From Macrostomum lignano (lineage: Eukaryota), in NCBI GenBank assembly GCA_002269645.1, contig NIVC01001100.1, positions 62,001 through 126,000 of the forward strand: a stretch of 64,000 nucleotides of DNA. The letters are read 5' to 3'. Under the pieces are notes generated by a model. The model worked only from the letters and a program-made list of their open reading frames with translations. It did no database searches and was not told the origin of the DNA. This document shows, piece by piece, positions 1 through 35,146 of this stretch. Numbering within the stretch: position 1 is the first letter of the stretch; every line of letters starts with the position of its first letter. Made by a program: the position numbers and the translations under genes.

Positions 1-1097
1 TTGCACTCTGGCTTCCCAGCTCATTGATATATTCCCCAGAGACGATGGGGCTGATAGTACAAACAGGAGGCTGTTTGCCTCATAAAAAAAACTAAACTAG
101 AGCGGAGGCAGACAGGGAGATGGGAAGAGCGAATGGCAAAGCAGTTGGGATCCCTTGGAGTTCTTCGATATCCTTGGGCGATTTCTGCTATTGGAGCAAA
201 ATTCTAAGAGAAATATGCAAAACAGGCGGTAGACAGACAGGCAGCTGGGACAGAGAGGGATCAGTCTAAGTGGGGAGAAAAGAGTTGGGGAATTCTGTGG
301 CAGCAGGGGCCAAGACAGCATCAAGTTCCCGCAGTCTGCCGAATCTCGAAATTAAGATTCGAGTTGGATGTCAACGCGCGCATCTGGAGTTCGATGCCAC
401 GGGCCTACAAGACATTATTTCATGCCCGCCTGAGATGGCTGCTCAGGGGTCGGCGAGGGAGCGCAGTTTGCGCTTTGGAGAATTAGAATGAAATGAACGA
501 TGGAGAGATAGATAGAGAAGTTGAGGCTTTAAGGCCGGGTTAGGGAGGTCGGGAATTGCCCGAGAGGGAGAACTGAGACGGTTCGGGAGGGGGTCCCCGC
601 GCGCTCGGGGTGATTGGCTTGGGCGACACGCTGCTTTCAGAATGGGACTTTGGGATTTCGCAGGAGGGTTGGGGGCAGGCCTCCAGAGCTCCTCGCAGCC
701 TGCACTTCTCACCGCTGGATGCAGCCACGCGATTGGGCGCCCCCGACTGTCTGTGGACTGGGCGGATTTGGCTCCAGGTCTCCTCGGTGCTCTCGCTCCC
801 TCGGCCACCCCAAGCCTCCTGCCCTTTCTTTCTCCTCTCTCCGTCCGCAGCCTGCATTTGCTAGCAGGGGCTGCTCGTCCGCAACCCTCCGCTGTACTTA
901 ACTTTGCCCCTCCCGGGGTCTCCCGCCACGCGATGAACAACCAGAAAGAATTTTCTCTCGACACTGTCGCGAGACCCAACTAGAGGGACAAGCGGCACAG
1001 AATATCTCGACACCAGGTCACTGGGATCGGCTGAAATGACGGCTGCGGGCAAGGCGGCGAGGCTGCCACCAGCTTGAACTCCTCCGCTAGCAGAAGC

Positions 1098-18801
<17,704 letters not shown>

Positions 18802-18944
18802 GAGAGAGAGAGAGGGGGGGGAGGGGAGCGATCTAGCCACCAGCCAATCAGAGCAGAGACTTCCAGCCTTTCTCTTAAGCGTTTTATTGATAGCCTATGT
18901 GGCACTCGCTAGCAGAGCAATGTGCGCAACTTGTTGCCAAGTGT

Positions 18945-18950
18945 AATAAA
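18945..18950 (+). terminator. Candidate poly(A) signal of unc-13
   Basis: AATAAA ~145 nt after the stop codon; a second AATAAA cluster lies at ~19613-19620. Confidence 0.4.
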
Positions 18951-20794
18951 AAAAAGTTTACGAACACTCCACCAAGGCATCCAAGAAAGATTCCTTCTCG
19001 CTCGCTTCGTCCCTTCCATCACCAATTGTACATATTTGAATTAGCGAGAGCAATAATGTGATTTTTTGCTATTTTACTGTCTCAACTCACTCAAAATTTG
19101 CATGAACTTTGCGCAAACCTACAAACATGATAGCCGAAATTTGACTACTTCTGGTATTTATTTGTTTAAACTGGTGCGAATAGCGGTGTTAGCTCGTATT
19201 GATTTGTAATTATAACAAAATGTTTACCGACCACAGCCATATTAATTTTACTTTCTATATAAAATATTGCTAATTGTTTAATACATTAATTTGCTAATTT
19301 TGCGTTGCAGAATACTGATTGCCTATTTTGTCAAAGCTGCATGAATATCACTTTTTATTCGCGATGCTTGAAGCTTTTATTTAATTTGCATTGCTTCTTT
19401 GCAGACGGATTTTTTACGAAATTATTTCGCTTTTCTCATCTTACGCAGCTCTCCTTATTCAGATCGGAGTTGACACTTTCGAGGGGGGCCTACGGGACAG
19501 ACAGAAGGCAATTCTACTGTCTACAGTTCTATGCAATGACATTCGATAAGTCTATCTTCTTCTGTCTCTCTCTGGTCTCACGTTTCGTTGACAGTTCAGC
19601 TGAGTTTTTTTAATAAATAAACATTCAGTAAGTCAACGACACTATTTTACTAATATATAGTGCAATTTTTTAACATTTTTTTCTTTCTTGATCTGAACTT
19701 TATCGAGATTTGAGTTTTTAACAATTTCTTTTTATCAAACAATCGAAAATTTCAGATTCGATCTACAGAAAGCAGAATTTACTTTTATTAACGAATTTCA
19801 AGAAGTTTGTCCTGTTCAATTCACAAAGCCGAAGTCGGCTTTGTTTGACTGTGGTCTATTTGAAATAAATTGGATGGAAGATACTGGAGAGGATGATTGC
19901 AAGCCAGAAAGTTGTAGTGTGTGTTCTGTTAAAAAGTGGTCAAACCTTACACCAAATAGCAAAGTGAGGATCGAGAGTGGCTGCCGTGCGATTCAGAGCA
20001 GCCTGCGTGACTCTGTGAAATGCAGCATTAGAACCAGAAGAAGTGACGTCATGGCCTTGAGCATCGGCACTCCGCGTTGTTGGAAATCCGCGGTTGAAAA
20101 TCAGTTCCAAATTCCTTGACTTGACTCCATTTGGGAAGTCAAAACCTCATTTTATGGCCCCAGAGTAATTGTCTATAACGTAAATCCTTCCTAAATCCCA
20201 TGCAGTATTCGTTCGTCTGAACCTTGGAAAGAAGCATCATGTCAAAAATAAAAGATTCATTGGGGAATTGCTAAGATGTCAAGGCTCATGGGAAATTTTT
20301 GAGATCTTAAAGCTTACGAATGGAATTGCTGAGATGTCAAGGCTGAGAGGTAAGAAGCTACATGAGAGTTAATTCAAAAATTTTATTCCATTCTTTGTTG
20401 CTTCCCCAACGAGTGTTGATGATTGCTGGTGACGAACTTAATTTTGATGTCTAAAGTGAGGAATGTACCTTTGATGTTCGGAGATAGGAGTGCAAAAAAC
20501 GATTACATTTAATTTGGCAAGCTCCTGAAGGGATGACACCTGAACCTGATCCTGGGGACGGAGCTGCTCTGCTCTGCTTCGCTGAAGTCGAAGAGCATCG
20601 GCATCGGAAGCTTAACACTGAGGTGAGAAGTTGACAAATTTGAATTCTGAGAGCTCCACAAGTCCCGAGGTCACGGTCTCATCAAGCAGTAGCCATTTCT
20701 ACCGGCCGAAAACTCAAAGATTCCTGGTGCGCGGCCGATTCGCACCCATGAGGGCCAGTCCCCAAGTCACAGAGAGTGTGCATGCCTGACGATT

Positions 20795-21300
20795 CAAAAT
20801 TCAGATAAGAATCAAATCTGATAAGAATCAAATCTGATAAGAATCAAAACTGATAAGAATCAAATCTGATAAGAATCAAATCTGATAAGAATCAAAACTG
20901 ATAATAATCAAAACTGATAAGAATCAAAACTGATAAGAATCAAATCTGATAAGAATCAAAACTGATAATAATCCAAACTGATAAGAATTAAAAGTAAGAA
21001 GAATCAAAATTGATAAGAATCAAAACTGATAAGAATCAAAACTGATAAGAATCAAATCTGATAAGAATCAAAACTGATAATAATCCAAACTGATAAGAAT
21101 TAAAAGTAAGAAGAATCAAAATTGATAAGAATCAAAACTGATAAGAATCAAATCTGATAAGAATAAAATCTGATAGTAATCAAATATTATAAGAGTCAAA
21201 ACTGATAAGAATCAAATCTGATAATAATCCAAACTGATAAGAATTAAAATTAAGAAGAATCAAAATTGATAAGAATCAAAATAGATAAGAATCACAATTG
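20795..21300. repeat. 16-bp minisatellite (aagaatcaaa[a/t]ctgat)
   Basis: Seen directly. Confidence 0.9.
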
Positions 21301-21850
21301 ACAGGAACCAAAACGGCATAAAAATCGCTCTTAGTTGAAAGTAATAGCTTCATCTACTTATAAAATTTAAAATATTCTTATAGATTTATTCTTGCAAAAT
21401 AATATTTCGATGGTATTTCTATTACTAACAGTAGACAGACTGCACTAAAAACCACACACAAGGCTCAAGGATAAAACAGTGAATCGATTGATCTGAACGG
21501 ATTTGCAACATAAAACGTGGATGGTCCTCAGAGAATGCGCGATCGGACCGCCACGCGTCAATAAATTATTTATAAATTCGCGACTTCGTTGTCCAAATAA
21601 ACTGAAATATTAAAATATTTAACAAAATTTACTACTGGCTTCAACATCTTCCATGCGCGGTTACGTTAATTTGGGGTTCTAGAATCAAGTCAGGGCCGTT
21701 GTGCACCCGTGTGACTGCATCTGCGACCTCGTACGTACGGAATGACCATGACTGCTTACCCTTGATACAGTGCTCAAAGCCCTCCTGAGAACTAAAAAAC
21801 CTGTTGAGCTCTAAAACCTGTTCGGTGAACTTCTGTCTGCACTTTGAACT

Positions 21851-22355
21851 TCAGTCGGAGGACGAGCCGCTGTCCAGAAAGCCGTCCTCATCCGAGCTCG
21901 TCCGCCTCGAGTCGCCCTCGTCCTCGTTCACGCCGTGCTGGTCGTGGTGGAAGTAGCGGAACTGCGTCTCCGACTCCGTGTCCGTCTCCTCGCCGGAGTC
22001 CAGCAGTTCGTCCCGAGTCCGACGATCGCGAGTCTCCAGCAAGTCCAGAAGGTCTTTGACGTCCGCGTTGGCTGGCTCGTAGATGAGCAGCAGCTTGGAG
22101 TAGCGGATGGCCCCGTTCAGATCGTTGCCTGACACCTTCTCGAGCAGCTGAAGCAGCAGAATCGGCGGCGCCGCGGGCACTTTGAGGCGGCCGACGTCGG
22201 ACTCGAGGCATTCGAGTTCCGCGGAGCTGGCCAGGCTGAGAGCGCCGCTGCTGCTGCCGCAGCTGGAGTTGCTGTCGGTCCGAGCGGAGTCGACCTGATC
22301 GGTGAAGTGCTCAGTCCCGGCCTCTTGCAGCTCCATGGAGAGGCTGGAGACGTAT
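21851..22355 (-). CDS. ERICH2: Glutamate-rich protein 2 (ERICH2)-like terminal exon/domain
   Basis: APPILLLQLLEKVSGNDLNGAIRYSKLLLIYEPANADVKDLLDLLE followed by an acidic D/E/S tail resembles the ERICH2 core (APLEL..EFL...ILIYEPEN..AKEF), recognised from memory. Acceptor ccttccag| at 22356; internal ATG at 22336. Confidence 0.65.
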
Positions 22356-23173
22356 CTGGAAGGACAGTGCAGCTCAGTGCTAAGCGCTTCTGACTGTCGC
22401 TCTGCGACCCCTGGTTCGACTCTGTGTGCGGCCCACATTCATCTGAGACTTGTGATCACGGAAAATTGGCCAGGGGGTTATCGTGCGATTCGCAGTTATG
22501 AGGGTCCACCCCACAGATACTAAAATAACTAGATGGGCCACTCAGGCATATATGCTTAGTAAAACAGCTTTCTACTTTCAGTTCAGTAGCAAAGAAGAAT
22601 GCATATGCTATTTTATAAAAATAAAGGCGGCTGAAATGACTTTGATAAGTTTAGAAGCCCAAGCTTGCAGGCGTAAACAACTTGCTAATTGGTTCAGCAA
22701 TAATGTACATTGGCCAGTCCACTGAAATGTACATGGCAGCTTTGGGCTGGAATTCCGAGAAAGGCAATAAAAATTGGGGCTGGGCGGGTGGGGGGTAGTG
22801 TGGAAAGGCTCGGTTGGAGGGTTTAAGCTGGGGGGTTAAGAGCCAATAAATTGAGCCTTGGCTTTAAAAACACCATAAAAGGTGTCTGTTTAACTTACTA
22901 CTGAACTGAAAGTAGCTTACACGCAAATGTGCTTACACGCCATCAAGTTATTCTAGTATCTGTGGTCCTGTGTGAGCGTGTCTTGTTTGTCTGCCTTCGT
23001 TGTGACAATGAAAGTGACAATGTTGCTTAAAGTGCGCCAGGGTGCAACTTTATTTGGTAGTCAAGAGCTGCTCAGAACCAATAATCCAACGACAGATGGT
23101 TGGAGGAAATTTCTCCCGAGTCAAGTGGGTCCCTCAGGCTGCAGTTTTTCCTGCTTCTCGGGAGAAGTGAAGA

Positions 23174-23213
<40 letters not shown>

Positions 23214-23480
23214 CAATGGGGTATGTTACCATGCACACTGATATTGATAAGATCTGAATCTATGAACCCGAACTCGGATCGTATTTATTTAAGATCACTT
23301 TTTTTCAGACTTTGTTTTAGTGTTAAAACTCAATATGTGGCAACCTGCTGGTGGTTGCCACTTTTCCTATCTGACTCTCCGGGTGGTCTTGTGAGCAATC
23401 GAAGCATTTTCTGCACTTTTTGAACAATGCGTCACTCCAGAACGGCCCATCATTGAAGCACTCAGCTGTGTGTCTGACAC

Positions 23481-28943
<5,463 letters not shown>

Positions 28944-28979
28944 CTGCGGTGGGCACATGGATTGAGGATTGATAGAGTG

Positions 28980-29260
28980 GGAGATGGGGATTCTGAGGCG
29001 GAGATGGGGATTCTGAGGCGGAGATGGGGATTCTGAGTAGGAGATGGGGATTCTGAGTGGAAGATGAGAATTTCGAGTTGGGGATGGGGATTCTGAGTCG
29101 GAGATGGGGATTCTGAGTAGGATATGGGGATTCTAAGTAGGATATGGGGATTCTAAGTAGGATATGGGGATTCTGAGTAGGATATGGGGATTCTGAGTAG
29201 GATATGGGGATTCTGAGGATGAGATTTGGGATTCTGAGTAGGAGATGAGGATTCTGAGTA
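28980..29260. repeat. 20-bp minisatellite (gagatggggattctgagtag)
   Basis: Seen directly. Confidence 0.9.
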
Positions 29261-30047
29261 GGGAACAATACTCCTACTCGACTCAAATGAAAATTTATGC
29301 AACGTATATTGTCAAAATCTTGAGAGACACAGGTGTTGGTTTTTGGTTCAAATCCATGAACAACTTTGAAGTCATTGGTTTAGCGGACGGCCAGTAGCAT
29401 CCAATATGTACTTTCTTTATAAGCCACTTGTAATGTATCTTCAGCCATCAGATCAGCAAGCCCTAAGGTACACAGATTTCATTAGCCTAATTAGTCTAAT
29501 TAGTAAATACAACCCCGAAGCCTTATCAGATTAGAAATACTAAATACCGCAGGTAATATTTTATTGATTTTCCAAGTTGTCGGGATACTTTTTTATGGGC
29601 CAATTTTCAATCTGGACAAGTGTAGCCTGCGTGGCTGGCCAAGGACTGCTAGCCCGTAAAGGTCCTTGCGCTTTGTACGATTAGTGCAAATTGAGTTGGT
29701 AGCTTGGGGAACTTGAATAAAATAGGTTTTGGCGGGGCTTAGGGCTGTGAGGCTCAACCTCAGCAAAGAAGCTTAACAACCTTCTCGGTCCTCAAGTGGG
29801 TGCGACTCACTCGCGCCTGGGGAGTGGCTTAGCAAATTAAATAACGACTTTGGAAACCTTGTAGAGATTTATCGACACGAGATGGCGTTTTTTGGATGAA
29901 AATATTGAGTCGATATGCTCATGCGTACCACAGTAACTACTGACAAGTGTATAGCTGCTTTGAAAGGAATTAGGATGCAGATAGATATTGTGTCAATATG
30001 TACTGTTGCGTTTAAAGAGCATTCTCGGTTAGCTCTAAGCTTGGCAC

Positions 30048-31524
30048 TACTGACACTAAATTTGACACTCCTGACACTTCAAGTTCGGCACTCCTGACAC
30101 TTCAAGTTCGGCACTCCTGACACTAATTTTGGCACTCCTGACACTTCAAGTTCGGCACTCCTGACACTAAATTTGACACTCCTGACACTAATTTTGGCAC
30201 TCCTGACACTAAATTTGGCACTCCTGACACTTCAATTTTGGCACTACTGACACTTCTAGTTTGGCACTCCTGACACTTCAAGTTTGGCACTCCTGACACT
30301 TCAAGTTTGGCACTACTGACACTTCAAGTTTGGCGGCACTACTGACACTTCAAGTTTGGCACTACTGACAATTCGAGCTTGGCACTACTGACGCTAAATT
30401 TGACACTCCTGACACTCTAATTTTGTCACTCCTGACACTTCTAGTTTGGCACTCCTGACACTTCAAGTTTGGCACTCCTGACACTTCAAGTTTGGCGGCA
30501 CTACTGACACTTCAAGTTTGAACACTCCTGACACTTCAAGTTTGGCACTACTGACACTTCAAGTTTGGCACTACTGACACTTTAAGTTGAACACTCCTGA
30601 CACTTCAAGTTTGGCGCTACTGACACTTCAAGTTTGGCACTACTGACACTTCAAGTTTGGCACTACTGACACTTCAAGTTGAACACTCCTGACACTTCAA
30701 GTTTGGCGCTACTGACACTTCAAGTTTGGCACTACTGATACTTCAAGTTTGGCACTACTGACACTTCAAGCTTGGCACTCCTGACACTTTAAGTTGAACA
30801 CTCCTGACACTTCAAGCTTGGCACTCCTGACACTTCAAGTTTGGCACTCCTGACACTTCAAGTTTGGCACTACTGACACTTCAAGCTTGGCACTCCTGAC
30901 ACTTCAAGTTGAACACTCCTGACACTTCAAGCTTGGCACTCCTGACACTTCAAGCTTGGCACTCCTGACACTTCAAGTTTGGCACTACTGACACTTCAAG
31001 TTTGAACACTCCTGACACTTCAAGTTTGGCACTACTGACACTTCAAGTTTGGCACTACTGACACTTCAAGTTTGGCACTACTGACACTTCAAGTTTGGCA
31101 CTCCTGACACTTCAAGTTTGGCAATACTGACACTTCAAGTTTGGCACTACTGACACTTCAAGTTTGGCACTCCAGACACTTCAAGTTTGGCACTACTGAC
31201 ACTTCAAGTTTGGCACTCCTGACACTTCAAGTTTGGCACTCCTGACACTTCAAGTTTGGCACTACTGACACTTCAAGTTGAACACTCCTGACACTTCAAG
31301 TTTGGCGCTACTGACACTTCAAGTTTGGCACTACTGACACTTCAAGTTTGGCACTACTGACACTTCAAGTTTGGCACTCCTGACACTTCAAGTTTGGCAC
31401 TCCTGACACTTCAAGTTTGGCACTCCTGACACTTCAAGTTTGGCACTCCTGACACTTCAAGCTTGGCACTCCTGACACTTCAAGTTTGGCACTCCTGACA
31501 CTTCAAGTTTGGCACTCCTGACAC
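30048..31524. repeat. 23-bp minisatellite (ct[c/a]ctgacacttcaagtttggca)
   Basis: ~60 copies. Confidence 0.93.
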
Positions 31525-32089
31525 GCTAAATTCTCACTCACATTTTCCTAGAATTTTGCCCACCGTCCTCGCAGTCGGTCTGAATGGGTGCCATGCCGTC
31601 CGTTGCTGCACTCGGCGCGGAAACGCTATCTGCAGGAATTTCTGAAGCCAGTTCCACACGCTTGCCTGAAATCGGCCGGATGTGAGCACTCCTTGCCTTG
31701 GCGCTTTTCTGCACCGGTTGCTTCTGTATCCTCTGCCAGAGCGCCAAGTCCCAAGTGTCCGATTGCGTTGCAGCTCTGCTCGTGTCCACGATAAAAAATA
31801 TCGACTAAAAAGCCGCGTCCGAGTGTCGAGTCGGGTGTGCCTTTTCTCTGGCTAAGAGAGGCGAAAGCAGAAGATTAGAGACAAGCGGCCAAGGCACTCG
31901 GTGATTGGCTGCAGTCTCGGTTGGCCTCCAAAATCCCCATTGCTATTTTGTTGCCTTTTTGCTTTCGGACAAAAATTGAGTATCTTCTTTAATAATAATG
32001 AGCAGCTGGCCAGAAGGCACTTTTTGGGAATTTAAACATTAGCCTCCTTAAACAAAGTACATTTTATTCTCGGTAGCAGATTTAGGACT

Positions 32090-32875
32090 TAGCCAGGTAG
32101 ATTAGATGTTGGCTAGATTAGATTCCTTCATCAGTGATGCTGGCTAGATTAGCAATCCATTCTATTCCTTCATCAGTGATGTTGGCTAGATTAGATTCCT
32201 GCATCAGTGATGCTGGCTAGATTAGCAATCCATTCTATTCGTTCATCAGTGATGTTGGCTAGATTAGCAATCCATTCTATTCGTTCATCAGTGATGTTGA
32301 CTAGATTAGCAATCCATTCTATTCGTTCATCAGTGATGTTGGCTAGATTAGCAATCCATTCTATTCCTTCATCAGTGATGTTGGCTAGATCAACAATCCA
32401 TTCTATTCCTTCATCAGTGATGCTGGCTAGATTAGCAATCCATTCTATTCCTTCATCAGTGATGTTGGCTAGATCAACAATCCATTCTATTCCTTCATCA
32501 GTGATGCTGGCTAGATTAGCAATCCATTCTATTCCTTCATCAGTGATGTTGGCTAGATTAGCAATCCATTCTATTCCTTCATCAGTGATGTTGGCTAGAT
32601 TAGCAATCCATTCTATTCCTTCATCAGTGATGTTGGCTAGATCAACAATCCATTCTATTGCTTCATCAGTGATGCTGGCTAGATTAGCAATCCATTCTAT
32701 TCCTTCATCAGTGATGCTGGCTAGATTAGCAATCCATTCTATTCGTTCATCAGTGATGCTGGCTAGATTAGCAATCCATTCTATTGCTTCATCAGTGATG
32801 CTGGCTAGATTAGCAATCCATTCTATTCCTTCATCAGTGATGCTGGCTAGATTAGCAATCCATTCTATTCCTTCA
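32090..32875. repeat. 42-bp minisatellite, array 1
   Basis: tcagtgatgctggctagattagcaatccattctattccttca. Confidence 0.92.
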
Positions 32876-34276
32876 TACTCGTACAGTAATAAGTACTACA
32901 CTGGTCGAATTCCTTAGCTTGAATTGCAATTGCGAATATTTTCATCAACAACCCGTGTCTTTCTATTGGCCTAGAATATTGTGCCGAGATGCTCATGCAG
33001 CTTCGTGTGCTGAATGAATAATTGATGCCCGGATGCCCGTTTGGCATCAAGGCTGTTTCCGTGATGGTAAATAAAATACATGCACTTTAGACAGCATTTT
33101 CGCCGCGGGGATTTAGGTAGATGAGATTATCAGCGGGGATTTCATGGGATTTTCGGAGACAAGATTCTTTTAAAGAGACGATTCTTTGTCAAAGAAGAAA
33201 GACTCCACTTGCTTTGGCTTGGATAATTGTCGTGCAACCGCGAGGGACAATTCCCAAGGCACAGAAAGTGTACATGCCAGACGATCAGATAGTCAGGACT
33301 CCTGTACACCCCACGTGAGCGAGTTTGCCTGCAGCAGATTGCAACAGCAAATGAAAAACTGCAAAGAAACACAAAATTGATCATTTAAATTTTAATCCCT
33401 CTATCCTTGTGAGCACAATTTCAACTATTTGTTAAGACTTGTCATTGCTAAAGAGCGGTTAGCAACAAGAACTGGGATATATTTAATCACAATATTTTAG
33501 CCTCAGCAGCGAAGACAAAATAATAAAATATTTTTAATATAAGCACTCAGTGATAAAACGCAGACAAAATCGCTCTCCCTTACACCGTCAATGTTATGGA
33601 AACACACGTGCTACACTACATGTAAAGATATGAAGTACACTAAAATCAATGCTACTATAGTGGAGATACAACAGTACTCGAAATTAGTTAAAATTCTGAA
33701 ATCATAACAGTCGGTAAAAGCAAAAACAGACCGAAATTTGGACCTACTGAAGCTATCGAATAAAAACAAGCCAACAACGCGTTGATCGCTACTACTCTAT
33801 GGCTGAAAGTATGAGTAGCAAATAGCGCAAAATTTCTCTAATTTTGTTCGCAGCAAAAATGCAACAAAAAAATTCTGCTCACTCAATTAGCACGTAAAAT
33901 TTGAGAAAACGAAAAAATCACTAATAGAACTTTGACATTCGATGGCTGAGAAAGTAGAAATTTAAGAAGAACAATTCGGTTAATTTTACCCGCTTAGAAA
34001 TGCACAACTACTCATCATTGAAGCGGAGCTTTGTTCGTCTGTCGATTATGGAAGACCTAAAAAAAGTCAAACTTAAAGGAAGAACAGCGGGATTGAAGTT
34101 TGTGGGAAAGAACACAATTCTGCTCATACAGCGTTAAGCCTATGTTTCAAAAGAAATACTCCAAATCCATGAAAAAGTGTTATTATTCCTGTGGATACAA
34201 CGCAAGGTCATAGCTTAGCTAGCATAGCTAGTTCAGACGCAATAGACTATTGGGTATAAGCATTTATAAACAGCTT

Positions 34277-34688
34277 GGGCTAGATTAGCAATCCACTCTA
34301 CTTCTTCATCATTGATGCTGGCTAGATTAGCAATCCATTCTACTCCTTCATCAGTGATGCTGGCTAGATTAGCAATCCATTCTATTCCTTTATTATCAGT
34401 GATGCTGGCTAGATTAGCAATCCATTCTATTCCTTCATCAGTGATGCTGGCTAGATTAGCAATCCATTCTATTCCTTCATCAGTGATGCTGGCTAGATTA
34501 GCAATCCATTCTATTCCTTAATCATTGATGCTGGCTAGATTAGCAATCCATTCTATTCCTTAATCATTGATGCTGGCTAGATTAGCAATCCATTCTATTC
34601 CTTAATCATTGATTTTGGCTAGTTTAGCAATCCATTCTATTCCTTAATCATTGATTTTGGCTAGTTTAGCAATCCATTCTATTCCTTC
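34277..34688. repeat. 42-bp minisatellite, array 2 (same unit and orientation)
   Basis: Seen directly. Confidence 0.92.
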
Positions 34689-35146
34689 ACTAATTAGATC
34701 AATTTTTTAAACTGCTAAAAATGACATTAAAGTTCCAACCCTAGCCAGATAAATTGCAGTTATTTAAATGTAAGATAGATGGTTATAATCGAGTTATAGG
34801 AACAAGATAGTCATAGTCATAACAAGGCACAAAAACAAAACAAGCGCACAGGTCACACTTTGCTAAAAATCACAAAGAGTTTATAGAAATAAAACGCGAA
34901 TGAAACCCAAATTTTATAGAAATTTCTATGAAAAAATTAGAAAAAAATTAAAAATTATTATATATACGGTAAATAAATTTTGTTTAAATGAGACACAAAC
35001 AGAAGTGGCAGTATGAGAATGATTAAACACGCAGTTTACGCGAACACAGGTTGAATACTAGAGTATTTGTTAACACAAAAGTTCTACTGCCAAAAAATCA
35101 CAAAATAATATAGCGACAAAATACTCGCTAAGCTCGCAGCAGCCCA

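Noticed and set aside
97-1000. Several overlapping 75-178-aa ORFs upstream of unc-13
   Set aside because: GC-rich promoter/UTR-like sequence with ORFs in many frames and no recognisable protein features.
19780-20790. GC-richer exon-like islands on the - strand between unc-13 and the ERICH2-like gene
   Set aside because: No consistent spliced frame or recognisable domain could be built.
29640-29668. caaggac...gtccttg hairpin matching the MITE termini
   Set aside because: Only 7 bp match and there is no TSD; compatible with chance.
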